From Polynucleobacter sp. (GTDB lineage: Bacteria > Pseudomonadota > Gammaproteobacteria > Burkholderiales > Burkholderiaceae): a stretch of 64,000 nt of DNA. The DNA lies in contig JAXIUI010000008.1 in NCBI GenBank assembly GCA_034680725.1, positions 5,450 through 69,449 of the forward strand, given 5' to 3'. The position numbers and the translations under genes are program-made. Shown here one piece after another: positions 9,317-19,998 of this stretch (position 1 is the first letter of the stretch; each line of letters opens with the position of its first letter). Below the pieces are notes generated by a model, which worked only from the letters and a program-made list of their open reading frames with translations, searched no databases and was not told the origin of the DNA.

Positions 9317-10583
9317 AATCAATATCTCCTAAAGCGCGCTCAATGAGGCGCTGTTTAATGAAATGACTGCGATTAACAATACCCAATCCCCAATTACGTA
9401 ATTGCTTTTCGGTAGAGCTCGTTGCTGAAAAAAGTTTTTTGAGTTTGTCAGTAAGCCAAAGTAAGGCGGAGGTATCACCCTGACGCTGCCTCTCATAACG
9501 GCGTAGCAAGACCTTATCATTAATTGGTCTGAAAGATTCACGCTTACCAAGAATATGAAGTAGTGTTGCTACATCTCTTAATCCGAGATTTAAGCCTTGT
9601 CCTGCCAAGGGATGCATGACATGTGCAGCATCCCCAATCAGTACTACTTTGGGATTTTCATCTGGACCAATAAAACGACTGGAGCGCATTCTTCTCAATG
9701 GAAAAGCAGCTGGTATTGAGTTAAGGTCGAGTTGCCCAAGTGCCTGTGTAATTGCGCCATTAGCAAGAGTAGAGAGTTCGGCTACCCAGCCATTTTGATC
9801 AAGCTTTAAAAGATATGCGGCGTTTTCTGGTGAGGTAGACCACACCATAGAAACTTGCTGATTGGGTAATGGCAGCATTGCCACAATATCTCCCCCTGGT
9901 AAAAACCATTGATATGCAGTCTCTAAATGAGCGCGCGTGCAAATCCAATTGACGACCACAGCACTTTGTTGGTAACTCTCTTCGCTATGGCTAATTCCCA
10001 ATGAAGACCGAATGGGTGAGTTTGCGCCATCAGCAGCAATCAGAAGCTTGGCGTGTAAGCAAGCGCCGCTTTGAAGGTGGAGCGTTACTCCATCAGCATC
10101 AATCTCAAGATTCTCTAGGCTCTCATCAATCCGATCTAGCTTATTCTGAAAGCGTGAGGCCTGATCAAGGGTATGTTCGATTAGATTGGATTCACCAATC
10201 CAAGCTAAAAGTGGTGTTCCCGCTTCAAAGGCGGAAAGATGGAGTGCATCATGCTTTTGCCCGCGATCTCCAAAAATGCGCATATCTCGCACAGCCTGCA
10301 TACGGCTCTGATCGATTGCATCCCAGACTTTTAAATGACTGAGTAACTTTTGTGTACTTGGGGAAAAGGCGTAAATTCTTTGGCCCCATTGAGATCCTTG
10401 TGGAGCAGCGACTAGTTTCTCAATTCCTGGCGCTACTTGGGCTGTTTGCAGGCCCAGCTGGGCTAGGCCAAGGGCGCAGGCCTTACCAGCGACCCCACCA
10501 CCCACGACCACAACGTCCATTGAGCGAATCGAAGGTGGTTTTTTAAGCAATTTAGCGGGCTGATGGTGTTGAACTTCTGACAT
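9309..10583 (-). CDS. UbiH/UbiI/UbiF-family FAD-dependent hydroxylase (ubiquinone biosynthesis)
   Basis: GGGVAG Rossmann motif, [27 protein letters not shown]. Confidence 0.9.
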   Translation of the reverse strand: MSEVQHHQPAKLLKKPPSIRSMDVVVVGGGVAGKACALGLAQLGLQTAQVAPGIEKLVAAPQGSQWGQRIYAFSPSTQKLLSHLKVWDAIDQSRMQAVRDMRIFGDRGQKHDALHLSAFEAGTPLLAWIGESNLIEHTLDQASRFQNKLDRIDESLENLEIDADGVTLHLQSGACLHAKLLIAADGANSPIRSSLGISHSEESYQQSAVVVNWICTRAHLETAYQWFLPGGDIVAMLPLPNQQVSMVWSTSPENAAYLLKLDQNGWVAELSTLANGAITQALGQLDLNSIPAAFPLRRMRSSRFIGPDENPKVVLIGDAAHVMHPLAGQGLNLGLRDVATLLHILGKRESFRPINDKVLLRRYERQRQGDTSALLWLTDKLKKLFSATSSTEKQLRNWGLGIVNRSHFIKQRLIERALGDIDFE

Positions 10584-10622
10584 ATCTCGATGATATCGAA
10601 ACTAGCCCTTTACAATACAGAC

Positions 10623-11717
10623 ATGTCTTTGAAATGTGGCATCGTCGGCCTGCCTAACGTCGGCAAATCTACCCTCTTTAACGCGCTTACCAAGGCTGGA
10701 ATCGCGGCAGAAAACTATCCTTTCTGCACGATCGAGCCCAATGTAGGGGTGGTAGAGGTTCCTGATCCTCGTCTCGCCGCCTTGGCAGAGATAGTGAAAC
10801 CAGAGCGTATCTTGCCGGCGGCTGTCGAATTTGTCGATATTGCAGGTCTAGTAGCGGGCGCCTCCAAAGGGGAGGGGCTTGGCAATCAGTTTTTGGCCAA
10901 TATCCGTGAGACCGATGCAATCACCCATGTGGTGCGCTGTTTTGAAGATGCCAATGTCATTCACGTTGCGGGGAGGATTGATCCAATTGCCGATATTGGT
11001 GTGATAGACACAGAATTAGCTCTCTCAGACCTCGCTACCGTAGAAAAAACACTCAATCGCTCCAGCAAGGCCGCAAAGTCTGGAAATGATAAAGAAGCTG
11101 CTGCACTAGTAGCGGTTTTAACGAAGGTACAGGCGCATTTGGATTCTGCCCAACCGGTTCGCAGCATGAACTTGAGCCCAGAAGAGCAGGTATTACTAAA
11201 GCCACTGTGCCTTATTACTGCTAAACCAGCCATGTACGTAGCAAACGTCAAGGAAGATGGGTTCACAAATAACCCCCATTTGGATGCGGTTAAGGAGCAT
11301 GCTGCTAAAGAAGGAGCCCCAGTTGTCGCAGTTTGCGCAGCAATTGAGGCTGAAATCGCTGATCTAGATGATGCGGATAAGGTTGAGTTTTTAGCAGACC
11401 TTGGAATGGAAGAGCCGGGCTTAGATCGTGTGATTCGAGCTGGATATGACTTGCTTGGCTTGCAAACCTATTTCACTGCTGGCGTTAAAGAGGTTCGGGC
11501 TTGGACTATTCATAAAGGTGATACAGCCCCACAAGCTGCTGGTGTCATTCACACTGATTTTGAGCGTGGGTTCATCCGGGCGCAAACCATTGCCTACGAT
11601 GACTTCATGCAGTTTAAGGGTGAGTCAGGCGCTAAAGAGGCAGGAAAAATGCGCGCCGAAGGCAAGGAGTATGTAGTCAAGGATGGTGATGTACTCAATT
11701 TCCTGTTTAACGTCTAA
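10623..11717 (+). CDS. ychF: Redox-regulated ribosome-binding ATPase YchF
   Basis: [32 protein letters not shown] domain. ATG 10623 (MSLKCGIVG) preferred over 10590. Confidence 0.98.
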   Translation: MSLKCGIVGLPNVGKSTLFNALTKAGIAAENYPFCTIEPNVGVVEVPDPRLAALAEIVKPERILPAAVEFVDIAGLVAGASKGEGLGNQFLANIRETDAITHVVRCFEDANVIHVAGRIDPIADIGVIDTELALSDLATVEKTLNRSSKAAKSGNDKEAAALVAVLTKVQAHLDSAQPVRSMNLSPEEQVLLKPLCLITAKPAMYVANVKEDGFTNNPHLDAVKEHAAKEGAPVVAVCAAIEAEIADLDDADKVEFLADLGMEEPGLDRVIRAGYDLLGLQTYFTAGVKEVRAWTIHKGDTAPQAAGVIHTDFERGFIRAQTIAYDDFMQFKGESGAKEAGKMRAEGKEYVVKDGDVLNFLFNV

Positions 11718-11735
11718 TTCAAGTTCAACACTAAT

Positions 11736-11769
11736 AAAAAAGCCCTTAGTAAACGCTAAGGGCTTTTTT
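11736..11769. terminator. Bidirectional intrinsic terminator
   Basis: AAAAAAGCCCTTAG-TAAACG-CTAAGGGCTTTTTT between convergent ychF and the wHTH gene. Confidence 0.9.
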
Positions 11770-11798
11770 ACTGCCATCTAGAGTTTGGGATGCCAGGA

Positions 11799-12149
11799 TT
11801 AAGTTATCTTGACTGCTTTTTCTAGGCATTTAGAGAGTTCTTCGTAGCGCTTCAAGGCAATTTTGCTAGGAACAACTTCTTTTTTGCGACCATCTTCATT
11901 CGCAGCCATCTTGATATAACCTAATGCGCTCAAATTCTTGAGGCGTCCATGCAGGGTGGCTTGTGAGCCTAGCTCAGAGATGGAAATAAGATCGCCAACG
12001 AGAACCGACTGGTTTGCATAAAAGCTGAGAATAATTTTATCGAGCAAGCTTTCCTCTACAGCATCAAGCTTTTTCCCTGGATTCATTCGATCCAGCGCGT
12101 CTAGTAAATTCAGAAATCGAATGTAGCAAGAAGATTTAGTGGTTGGCAT
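11799..12149 (-). CDS. Winged-helix (MarR-like) DNA-binding protein
   Basis: Recognition helix SQATLHGRLKNL..LGYI and wing DGRKKEV.P resemble MarR (D.R). ATG 12149 likely; ORF-track TTG at 12167. Confidence 0.7.
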   Translation of the reverse strand: MPTTKSSCYIRFLNLLDALDRMNPGKKLDAVEESLLDKIILSFYANQSVLVGDLISISELGSQATLHGRLKNLSALGYIKMAANEDGRKKEVVPSKIALKRYEELSKCLEKAVKIT

Positions 12150-12272
12150 GCTCAGGCAATATCTCAATAGAGGAATTAATTACTAGCTTTAGGGCTAATT
12201 TTATTAGTATATTCCCTATTTAGGCGTCTATCTATATGTTTTCTATAGGCCAAGCTTGATATATTCATTTGC

Positions 12273-12827
12273 ATGATAAAACTCTCCGCTGAAGCTGTTC
12301 ATGGAATTGTGCTCAGCGCTTTAGCTTACGCCAGTATTTTTTATTTGAATGATTGGCTGACGTCTGGCCTCTCTTATGGGCTGGGGGTCAATTGGATCTA
12401 CCTTCCAGCGGGCTTGCGTTTATTTCTCACTCTCATTTTTGGCCTGTCTGGAGCAATCGGCATTGCTTTAGCTTCTTTTTTTATTTGTTATTTTGGGCAA
12501 TTTCCACCAGATCTGGTGACCTGTATTGGCGTCGGCTTCACTTCAGGATTTGCACCATATTTGGCAAAAATATTTGTATTGAGCAATATCAAAATATCAC
12601 CAGATCTAAGCGACTTAAGCTTGCCTAAATTGACGGCATGTATTTTGATCTATGCCGTTTTAAGCGCAGGCTTGCATCAATGGTGGTTTGCTATCCGAGG
12701 CCTTGATGATGCAGGAGCCCTTAATCACTTTTTAGTGATGTTCTTAGGTGATGTATTGGGTACGGTTCTGCTAATTGGATTAACAAAGTTGGGCTTGCAT
12801 TATCTTAAGGCCCTCAAAGTAAGCTAG
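12273..12827 (+). CDS. Stand-alone MASE1-like multi-pass membrane protein
   Basis: About five TM segments; [10 protein letters not shown] and FLGDVLG resemble MASE1 motifs (W.P.G, GD.LG); no cytoplasmic output domain. Confidence 0.65.
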   Translation: MIKLSAEAVHGIVLSALAYASIFYLNDWLTSGLSYGLGVNWIYLPAGLRLFLTLIFGLSGAIGIALASFFICYFGQFPPDLVTCIGVGFTSGFAPYLAKIFVLSNIKISPDLSDLSLPKLTACILIYAVLSAGLHQWWFAIRGLDDAGALNHFLVMFLGDVLGTVLLIGLTKLGLHYLKALKVS

Positions 12828-13627
12828 TTAAATAGCTGGTTGAGGGCGGCGCCTGGGTCGCTAGCACGCATAAATGTTTCACCCACTAAAAACGCATTAA
12901 TCTGGTGATCACGCATGAGCAGCACATCATCGCGAGTCGCTATGCCTGACTCAGTGACGAGTGTTTTCCCAGCAGGAACCATGGATAGCAAAGACAGTGT
13001 GGTTTGTAGAGTAACCTCGAAAGTTTTCAGATTGCGATTATTAATGCCCAGTAAAGATGTTTTGAGCTCAAGTGCCTGCTCAAGTTCTGGGGCATTGTGT
13101 ACCTCAACAAGGACATCTAAACCAAGCTCATGTGCGCACGCCTCTAACTCTTTCATTTGATTGAGCTCAAGGCAAGCCACAATTAAAAGGATGGCATCGG
13201 CACCAATCGCCCGAGCTTCATATATTTGGTAGGGGTCAATCGTAAAATCTTTGCGTAAAACAGGAATATTGCAAGCAGCTCGTGCAGCCTGTAAGTAGTT
13301 ATTGTCCCCTTGAAAGTAGTCCTTATCCGTTAGAACAGATAAGCATGCAGCAGCATTTTTTTCATAAGACTGTGCAATCTCTGCTGGTAAGAAATTTTCA
13401 CGCAGGATTCCCTTGCTGGGACTCGCTTTTTTAATTTCAGCAATAACCCCGGCCTTACCAGCGGCAATCTTTTGGTCAATCGCTTGAATAAAACCACGGG
13501 GCTTTAATAAGGCATCGCGATTATTTTCTTGAGCCTGTTCGCGCAGATTTCCTAAGGAAACTTTCTTTGCATCTGAAGCAATCTCTAGCTTTTTGGTGGC
13601 AACAATTTTATCGAGAATATCGCTCAT
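12824..13627 (-). CDS. trpC: Indole-3-glycerol-phosphate synthase
   Basis: [38 protein letters not shown]. Confidence 0.98.
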   Translation of the reverse strand: MSDILDKIVATKKLEIASDAKKVSLGNLREQAQENNRDALLKPRGFIQAIDQKIAAGKAGVIAEIKKASPSKGILRENFLPAEIAQSYEKNAAACLSVLTDKDYFQGDNNYLQAARAACNIPVLRKDFTIDPYQIYEARAIGADAILLIVACLELNQMKELEACAHELGLDVLVEVHNAPELEQALELKTSLLGINNRNLKTFEVTLQTTLSLLSMVPAGKTLVTESGIATRDDVLLMRDHQINAFLVGETFMRASDPGAALNQLFN

Positions 13628-13635
13628 GAATGACT

Positions 13636-14661
13636 TTAATGACCTTGAGTGGCAGCAATGAATTGATCCAACTTTTCGCGAGCAGCACCAGAACCGATTG
13701 CGACTGTAGCCATCTGAATGCCTTCACTAATGCTTGGCGAAACCCCTGCAACATATAGAACAGCGCCAGCATTTAAGCAAACAATATCGCTTGCTGGACC
13801 TGGAACTTTATTGAGCACATCTAAAACGATGGCTTTAGATTCTTCAGCATTGGCGACTTTAAAACTACTCGTTGGCGCAGTCTTTAGACCAAAGTCTTGC
13901 GGATGAATTTCATATTCGTGCACGACGCCATCTTTGAGTTCGCCTACTAGTGTTGGACCTTCAAGAGAGATTTCATCTAGGCCGTCGCGACCATAGACAA
14001 CTAGAGCGTGGTCCATACCCATGGCTTGCAAGACGTGGGCTTGAATCCCAACTAAATCAGCATGAAAAACGCCCATCAAAATACGCTTGGCATCTGCTGG
14101 ATTGGTTAGTGGCCCTAGAATATTGAAAATGGTTCTCACACCCAAATCTTTGCGAATGGGTACCACGTTTTTCATAGCTGGGTGATGGTTGGGGGCAAAC
14201 ATAAAACCCGCGCCAACACTAGAAATACACTGCGCTACTTGCTCTGGAGACAGTGTGAGTTTTACCCCTAGTGACTCCAAAATATCAGCGCTACCTGATT
14301 TACTGCTAACGCTACGATTACCATGCTTGGCAATTTTTGCACCTGCTGCTGCTGCAACAAACATGGCTGCAGTAGAAATATTGAAGGTATGAGCGCCATC
14401 ACCACCGGTTCCAACGACATCAACCAAGTTGGCTCTGTCTGTTACATGGACCGGAGTAGCAAATTCACGCATCACTTGAGCAGCTGCCGCAATCTCTCCA
14501 ACAGTTTCTTTTTTTGTACGCAATGCAACCAAAAGACCTGCGACCAAAGTCGGTGGCATTTCGCCACTCATGATGAGCCTCATCATTGCAGTCATCTCAT
14601 CATGAGAAAGCTCTCGGTGTTCAATGCAGCGTTGTAAGGCTTGTTGTGGCGTGATTGACAT
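13636..14661 (-). CDS. trpD: Anthranilate phosphoribosyltransferase
   Basis: [45 protein letters not shown]. Confidence 0.98.
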   Translation of the reverse strand: MSITPQQALQRCIEHRELSHDEMTAMMRLIMSGEMPPTLVAGLLVALRTKKETVGEIAAAAQVMREFATPVHVTDRANLVDVVGTGGDGAHTFNISTAAMFVAAAAGAKIAKHGNRSVSSKSGSADILESLGVKLTLSPEQVAQCISSVGAGFMFAPNHHPAMKNVVPIRKDLGVRTIFNILGPLTNPADAKRILMGVFHADLVGIQAHVLQAMGMDHALVVYGRDGLDEISLEGPTLVGELKDGVVHEYEIHPQDFGLKTAPTSSFKVANAEESKAIVLDVLNKVPGPASDIVCLNAGAVLYVAGVSPSISEGIQMATVAIGSGAAREKLDQFIAATQGH

Positions 14662-14676
14662 GGGCTAGGTATATTT

Positions 14677-15243
14677 TTATTTAGCTGTTAGGAAATTTTT
14701 CAATAGTGCATGACCGTGCTCTGAAAGAATCGATTCAGGATGGAACTGCACTCCCTCTACAGCGAATTTTTTATGGCGAACACCCATGATTTCATTATCG
14801 GATGAGGTCGCGGTGACCTCTAAATCTGCGGGCAGAGAGCTCTTATCAATCGCTAAAGAGTGATAGCGGGTCACTTTAAAGGGGTCAGGTAAGCCCTTGA
14901 AAACACCCATACCAGTATGGTGAATATCATCTGTTTTTCCGTGCATCACTTTTTGAGCACGAATAATCTTTCCGCCAAATGCCTCGCCAATAGCTTGATG
15001 CCCAAGACAGACGCCCAAAATAGGGATGTGTCCTGCATAGCGTTTAATGGTTTCTACAGAGATCCCTGCTTCAGTAGGACTACAAGGGCCAGGTGAAATA
15101 CAAATCCGCGCAGGATTGATTTTGGCAATCTCATCAACAGAAATCTCATCATTCCGAAACACCTTAACCTCTTCACCCAGTTCTGCAAAATACTGCACAA
15201 GGTTATAGGTAAATGAATCGTAGTTATCAATCATGAGGAGCAT
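14677..15243 (-). CDS. trpG: Anthranilate synthase component II (glutamine amidotransferase)
   Basis: [33 protein letters not shown]. Confidence 0.97.
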   Translation of the reverse strand: MLLMIDNYDSFTYNLVQYFAELGEEVKVFRNDEISVDEIAKINPARICISPGPCSPTEAGISVETIKRYAGHIPILGVCLGHQAIGEAFGGKIIRAQKVMHGKTDDIHHTGMGVFKGLPDPFKVTRYHSLAIDKSSLPADLEVTATSSDNEIMGVRHKKFAVEGVQFHPESILSEHGHALLKNFLTAK

Positions 15244-16732
15244 CGAGCCCTCCTTGTACTAGATCGGCAGCCATCAATACTGCACGTGCTTTAGCTTCAG
15301 TTTCTTTCCATTCAGCAGTAGGATCTGAATCTGCCACAACACCGGCACCAGCTTGAGAATGCAAGACGCCATCACGAATCACGCCAGTGCGAATCGCAAT
15401 GGCTACATCCATATCCCCAGAGAATGATAAATACCCAACCGCTCCGCCATATATTCCGCGTTTCACGATTTCCATTTCATCAATAATTTCCATAGCCCGA
15501 ATTTTTGGGGCGCCGGATAAAGTGCCAGCAGGGAAGGTTGCCCGAAGAACATCCATATTACTCATGTTGTCTATTAACTCGCCCTCAACTGAGCTGACGA
15601 TGTGCTGTACGTGGGAGTACTTTTCAATCGACATCGAGTCCGTTACTTTGACTGAACCCGTTTTTGCAATTCGTCCCACATCATTGCGCGCAAGGTCGAT
15701 CAGCATCACGTGTTCAGCAATCTCCTTGGGATCAGCAAGTAATTCTTTGGCAAGTCGCTCATCTTCTTCTGGGGTTGCACCTCGTGGGCGAGTCCCAGCA
15801 AGCGGGCGAATGGTCACAATCTTTTGCGCTTCACGTTTTTCTTGACGCACTAAAATTTCAGGCGAAGAGCCAACCACCTGTAAGTCGCCAAAATCATAAA
15901 AGTACATATATGGAGAGGGGTTGAGAGATCGTAAGGCTCTATACAAAGCAAGCGGCGAGTCAGTAAATGGCTTGCTAATTCTTTGGCCAATCACTACCTG
16001 CATACAGTCGCCGGCCAAAATATATTCTTTAGTTTTTAGTACGGCATTCTCAAAATCTGCTGCTTTAAATTTGCGAACTAAATCCGTTTTGGTGCTTGGC
16101 AATGATGTTGGCATGCTGACTGGTTTGCTAAGGCAAGCAAGCAATTCTTTTAGTCTTGCCTGGGCGGATTCAAAGCTGTTGGTAGCGCTAGGATCGGCAT
16201 AGACGATTAAATAAATACGGCCTGCAACATTATCGATCACGGCCAATTCTTCAGTCAGCATCAATTGAATATCGGGCACACCCAATTCATCTGGTAATTG
16301 ATGTGTTGCTAAGCGAGATTCGATGTAGCGGACCGTGTCATATCCAAAGTAGCCAGCAAGACCACCACAGAAACGGGGCAGTCCTGGTTGTACTGCAACC
16401 TTAAAGCGCTTGAAATACGTGTCTACAAAGTCTAAAGGATTGTCGCGATTAGTCTCTATGACTTCCCCATTGAATACCACTTCAGTGATTGGCGCTGTAG
16501 GTGTTCCTATGGTTCTTAAAACAGTTTTAGCAGGTAAGCCAATAAATGAGAATCGGCCAAAGCGTTCACCACCAAGGACGGACTCCAAAAGATAAGTATT
16601 TTTTTGACCAAATGCCTGAGTTAGCTTTACGTAAAGCGAGAGTGGCGTCTCTAAGTCAGCCAATACTTCTTTGACCAACGGAATGCGGTTGAAACCCTGA
16701 TTTGCTAGGGCAAGAAATTCCGAGTGTTGCAT
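15227..16732 (-). CDS. trpE: Anthranilate synthase component I
   Basis: [44 protein letters not shown]. Confidence 0.97.
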   Translation of the reverse strand: MQHSEFLALANQGFNRIPLVKEVLADLETPLSLYVKLTQAFGQKNTYLLESVLGGERFGRFSFIGLPAKTVLRTIGTPTAPITEVVFNGEVIETNRDNPLDFVDTYFKRFKVAVQPGLPRFCGGLAGYFGYDTVRYIESRLATHQLPDELGVPDIQLMLTEELAVIDNVAGRIYLIVYADPSATNSFESAQARLKELLACLSKPVSMPTSLPSTKTDLVRKFKAADFENAVLKTKEYILAGDCMQVVIGQRISKPFTDSPLALYRALRSLNPSPYMYFYDFGDLQVVGSSPEILVRQEKREAQKIVTIRPLAGTRPRGATPEEDERLAKELLADPKEIAEHVMLIDLARNDVGRIAKTGSVKVTDSMSIEKYSHVQHIVSSVEGELIDNMSNMDVLRATFPAGTLSGAPKIRAMEIIDEMEIVKRGIYGGAVGYLSFSGDMDVAIAIRTGVIRDGVLHSQAGAGVVADSDPTAEWKETEAKARAVLMAADLVQGGLDAPHD

Positions 16733-17457
16733 TACGCTTTTCCTGAGCTCGATAGTTCTGAGCGCATTGCTGTAATCACTTGGGCATAATTTTCTTTGCC
16801 AAAAATAGCTGAGCCAGCAACAAAGGTATCTGCACCTGCTTTAGCAACCTGCGCAATATTGTCGACCTTAATGCCGCCGTCAACCTCTAAGCGAATACGC
16901 CGACCAGTCTCTTGTTGGTGGCGATCTAAGCGTGCACGCACTTGGGTGATTTTATTGAGCGTACTTGGAATAAATGATTGACCACCAAAACCGGGATTGA
17001 CAGACATTAAAAGAACGAGGTCTAGCAACTCTAAGGTATGGTCTAAGTGATCTAGTGGTGTGGCTGGATTAAGAACTAATCCCGCCTGACATCCTTGATC
17101 ACGAATGAAGTTCAGAGTGCGATTGGCGTGAGGGCTTGCCTCGGGGTGAAAGCTAATTAAGTTGGCGCCTGCTTTCGCAAAATCAGGTACGAGTCGATCA
17201 ACGGGCTCAACCATCAAGTGCACATCAATCATGGCTGGCTTGCCATCCTTGACTGCATAAGAACGGATAGCTTCACAAACTAAGGGGCCAATAGTGAGAT
17301 TGGGGACGTAATGGTTATCCATTACGTCAAAGTGAATCCAGTCAGCACCCGCAGCAAGAACATCTTGAACTTCCTTGCCAAGGCAGGCAAAGTCAGCCGA
17401 TAAAATAGAAGGGGCGATGACAAACTCGCTGTTTAGGGGTGATTTCTGGCTATCCAT
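16732..17457 (-). CDS. rpe: Ribulose-phosphate 3-epimerase
   Basis: [35 protein letters not shown]; stop overlaps the trpE start (TAATG). Confidence 0.98.
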   Translation of the reverse strand: MDSQKSPLNSEFVIAPSILSADFACLGKEVQDVLAAGADWIHFDVMDNHYVPNLTIGPLVCEAIRSYAVKDGKPAMIDVHLMVEPVDRLVPDFAKAGANLISFHPEASPHANRTLNFIRDQGCQAGLVLNPATPLDHLDHTLELLDLVLLMSVNPGFGGQSFIPSTLNKITQVRARLDRHQQETGRRIRLEVDGGIKVDNIAQVAKAGADTFVAGSAIFGKENYAQVITAMRSELSSSGKA

Positions 17458-17506
17458 ACCTAGATTCTAGCTTGCAGTTGGATCGAGGATGGCGCAGAAT
17501 TCGAGC

Positions 17507-17881
17507 ATGAATCCACATGAAATCCGCATTACGGTCAAAACGCAGTATTTGGCTGAACAATCAGACCCAGATAATCGGCAATTTGCCTTTGCATATACCG
17601 TCACAATCAAAAATACGGGCACTGCTGCTATTCAGCTGATTGCTCGCCATTGGTTTATTACCGATGGAGATAATGATGTTCAGGAGGTTCGTGGCTTGGG
17701 AGTGGTGGGCCAACAACCCTTATTAAGGGGTGGTGAGCAGTTTGAATACACCAGCTGGGCTACTTTACCGACTCCAGCCGGCACAATGCGTGGTGAATAT
17801 TTCTGCGTTACAGAGGAGGCACAGTTTTTCCAGGCTCCCATCCCCGAATTTGCCCTAGTGATGCCCAGAACCTTGCATTAA
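17507..17881 (+). CDS. apaG: ApaG protein
   Basis: FAYTVTI.N, QLIARHWFITD, V.GLGVVG.QP, YTS..L.TP.GTM.G.Y. ATG 17507 preferred. Confidence 0.95.
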   Translation: MNPHEIRITVKTQYLAEQSDPDNRQFAFAYTVTIKNTGTAAIQLIARHWFITDGDNDVQEVRGLGVVGQQPLLRGGEQFEYTSWATLPTPAGTMRGEYFCVTEEAQFFQAPIPEFALVMPRTLH

Positions 17882-17907
17882 GGGTGCTATCAAGGGTCAA
17901 TCTAGGC

Positions 17908-18021
17908 CTATTTTTTGCCCTTACCAGTCCAAAGGACAATAAATAAAAGCAGTGCCAAAGCTAGGCCTCCTTCCAAAACAAACAGGATCATTGGGTATTC
18001 ATCGAGTAAATTGGCAAACAT
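17908..18021 (-). CDS. Unannotated small single-pass membrane protein (37 aa; 27 aa from the alternative ATG at 17991)
   Basis: MFANLLDEYPMILFVLEGGLALALLLFIVLWTGKGKK*: one hydrophobic helix plus a basic tail, filling the apaG-mltA gap. Confidence 0.65.
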   Translation of the reverse strand: MFANLLDEYPMILFVLEGGLALALLLFIVLWTGKGKK

Positions 18022-19177
18022 GATCTCTAAATCCAATATTTTCAAAAAATTAAAGAGTGGGCGGTCCTTAGGGTGCAGTGTATTCGCTATATCGATTCTT
18101 GGCTTTATTGTGGGCTGCTCTACTCCGCCAACTCGGGGGACGGCTTATCGATCCAGTGTGGCCACCCCCTCAGAGGCTTACAGCTCATCGATTGCTAGTT
18201 TTCGAGCGGTTTCTTGGCAGGCCTTGCCAGGCTGGCAGGAGGATGATTTAGCGCAGGCATGGCCAGCGTGGTTGAAAAGTTGTGATGCTTTGCGCAAGCG
18301 CAATAGCGAGATTAACTGGCGACAAGTCTGCGCCCAAGTAAATTCGATATCGGATCGTGATGGACGGGCTATCCGTCAGTATTTTGAGACCAATTTTCAA
18401 GCGTATGAGGTGCGTAGTACTGCAAATGGCAGCGATAAAGGTTTAATTACTGGCTACTACGAGCCCGTGATGAATGGCTCCCTGACGCGCACTGCCACTT
18501 ACGCTGTGCCGCTATATGGTCTTCCCAAGGCCTGGAGGGGTAATAAGCCTTCCCCTGGCCCTACGCGAGCAGAATTAATGAGTTCAGGGTTACTGCGCGG
18601 TGCTGAGCTTGCCTGGGTACAAGATCCAGTAGCGGCTGCATTTATGCAAATTCAAGGATCCGGAAAGGTTCGCCTTGAGGACGGACGAGTATTGCGCCTA
18701 GGCTATGCGGGTACGAACGACCAACCCTTCAAGTCCTTTGCCCAATGGTTACTGGATCGCAAGGAGATTACCCGCAGTCAAGCAACCATGCAGGGAATCT
18801 CTGCATGGGCAAAACGTAATCCTGATCGCGTGGAGGAAATGCTCAATGCGAATCCCCGTTTTGTATTTTTCAAAGAGTTGCCTAGTAATGTGAGTGCAGA
18901 TTTGGGCCCCACTGGAGCTCTAGGCGTTCCATTAACCAGCGAGCGAAGTATCGCGATCGATTTGAAGGCTATGCCTTTAGGTGCGCCAGTGTTTTTGAGT
19001 ACTACGAGACCTTTAAGTAGTCAGATTTTGCAAAAACTAGTGATGGCGCAAGATACAGGCAAGGCCATTGTCGGTGGCGTGAGGGCAGATTACTATTGGG
19101 GATCGGGAGATTCTGCTGGTGAATTGGCAGGCCGAATGAAGCAAGATGGCAGGATGTGGTTATTGTTACCGCGCTAA
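18020..19177 (+). CDS. mltA: Membrane-bound lytic murein transglycosylase A
   Basis: Lipobox IVGC, ITGYYEP, MQIQGSG, NPRFVFF, AQDTG, D.YWG.G. ATG 18020 is the last in-frame ATG before the lipobox. Confidence 0.93.
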   Translation: MISKSNIFKKLKSGRSLGCSVFAISILGFIVGCSTPPTRGTAYRSSVATPSEAYSSSIASFRAVSWQALPGWQEDDLAQAWPAWLKSCDALRKRNSEINWRQVCAQVNSISDRDGRAIRQYFETNFQAYEVRSTANGSDKGLITGYYEPVMNGSLTRTATYAVPLYGLPKAWRGNKPSPGPTRAELMSSGLLRGAELAWVQDPVAAAFMQIQGSGKVRLEDGRVLRLGYAGTNDQPFKSFAQWLLDRKEITRSQATMQGISAWAKRNPDRVEEMLNANPRFVFFKELPSNVSADLGPTGALGVPLTSERSIAIDLKAMPLGAPVFLSTTRPLSSQILQKLVMAQDTGKAIVGGVRADYYWGSGDSAGELAGRMKQDGRMWLLLPR

Positions 19178-19193
19178 ATAAAGAAAGATATTG

Positions 19194-19970
19194 ATGAGTT
19201 ACAACACCATATTGACTGAAGTAGATGGCAAGATTGCGGTCATCACCTTAAATCGTCCGCAAGTTCTCAATGCCCTCAATGATGAGTTAATGGATGAACT
19301 GAGTGGAGCATTATTGGGTTTTGACGCTGATGACAACATCGGCTGCATCATCATTACTGGTAGCGAAAAGGCATTTGCAGCTGGGGCAGATATTGCGACT
19401 ATGGCGAAGTATGGGTTTAAGGATGTTTATCGTGCCAACTTCATTTCTCGTAATTGGGAAGAAATTAAGCGGGTTCGCAAGCCAATCATTGCAGCTGTAT
19501 CGGGCTTTGCTCTTGGCGGCGGTTGTGAGTTAGCCATGATGTGCGACACCATTATGGCTGCTGATAACGCTAAGTTTTCTCAACCTGAAGTAAAGCTAGG
19601 CATTATTCCTGGCGCAGGGGGTACCCAACGTTTGCCTCGTGCAGTATCTAAAGCAAAGGCAATGGATCTAGCCCTCACAGGCCGAATGATGGATGCTGTT
19701 GAGGCAGAGCGCTCTGGCTTGGTTGCCCGTATTTTTCCGCAAGCAGAGCTTTTAAAAGAAGTCAAAGCCATTGCTAAAACCATTGCCGACATGCCGCTAT
19801 TGACAGCGATGATGGTGAAGGAGGCAATTAATACGGCTTATGAAACCACTCTCTCAGAAGGTATTCACTTTGAGCGTCGCTTATTTCATGCCTGCTTTGC
19901 TACTCATGACCAAAAAGAGGGAATGGCTGCTTTTTTGGAAAAACGTCCCGCTAAATTTACGAACTCGTAA
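19194..19970 (+). CDS. Enoyl-CoA hydratase (crotonase family, PaaF-like)
   Basis: [49 protein letters not shown]. Confidence 0.92.
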   Translation: MSYNTILTEVDGKIAVITLNRPQVLNALNDELMDELSGALLGFDADDNIGCIIITGSEKAFAAGADIATMAKYGFKDVYRANFISRNWEEIKRVRKPIIAAVSGFALGGGCELAMMCDTIMAADNAKFSQPEVKLGIIPGAGGTQRLPRAVSKAKAMDLALTGRMMDAVEAERSGLVARIFPQAELLKEVKAIAKTIADMPLLTAMMVKEAINTAYETTLSEGIHFERRLFHACFATHDQKEGMAAFLEKRPAKFTNS

Positions 19971-19998
19971 ACCGCCAGTCTGACAGCGCTTAATTAGA

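Noticed and set aside
17915-18019. ORF-track N-terminal extension of mltA, and similar extensions of ychF, ung, bioB, apaG, prmC and murC
   Set aside because: Upstream TTG/GTG starts add non-homologous residues. Downstream ATGs fit family N-termini, operon overlaps or lipoprotein signal length better.
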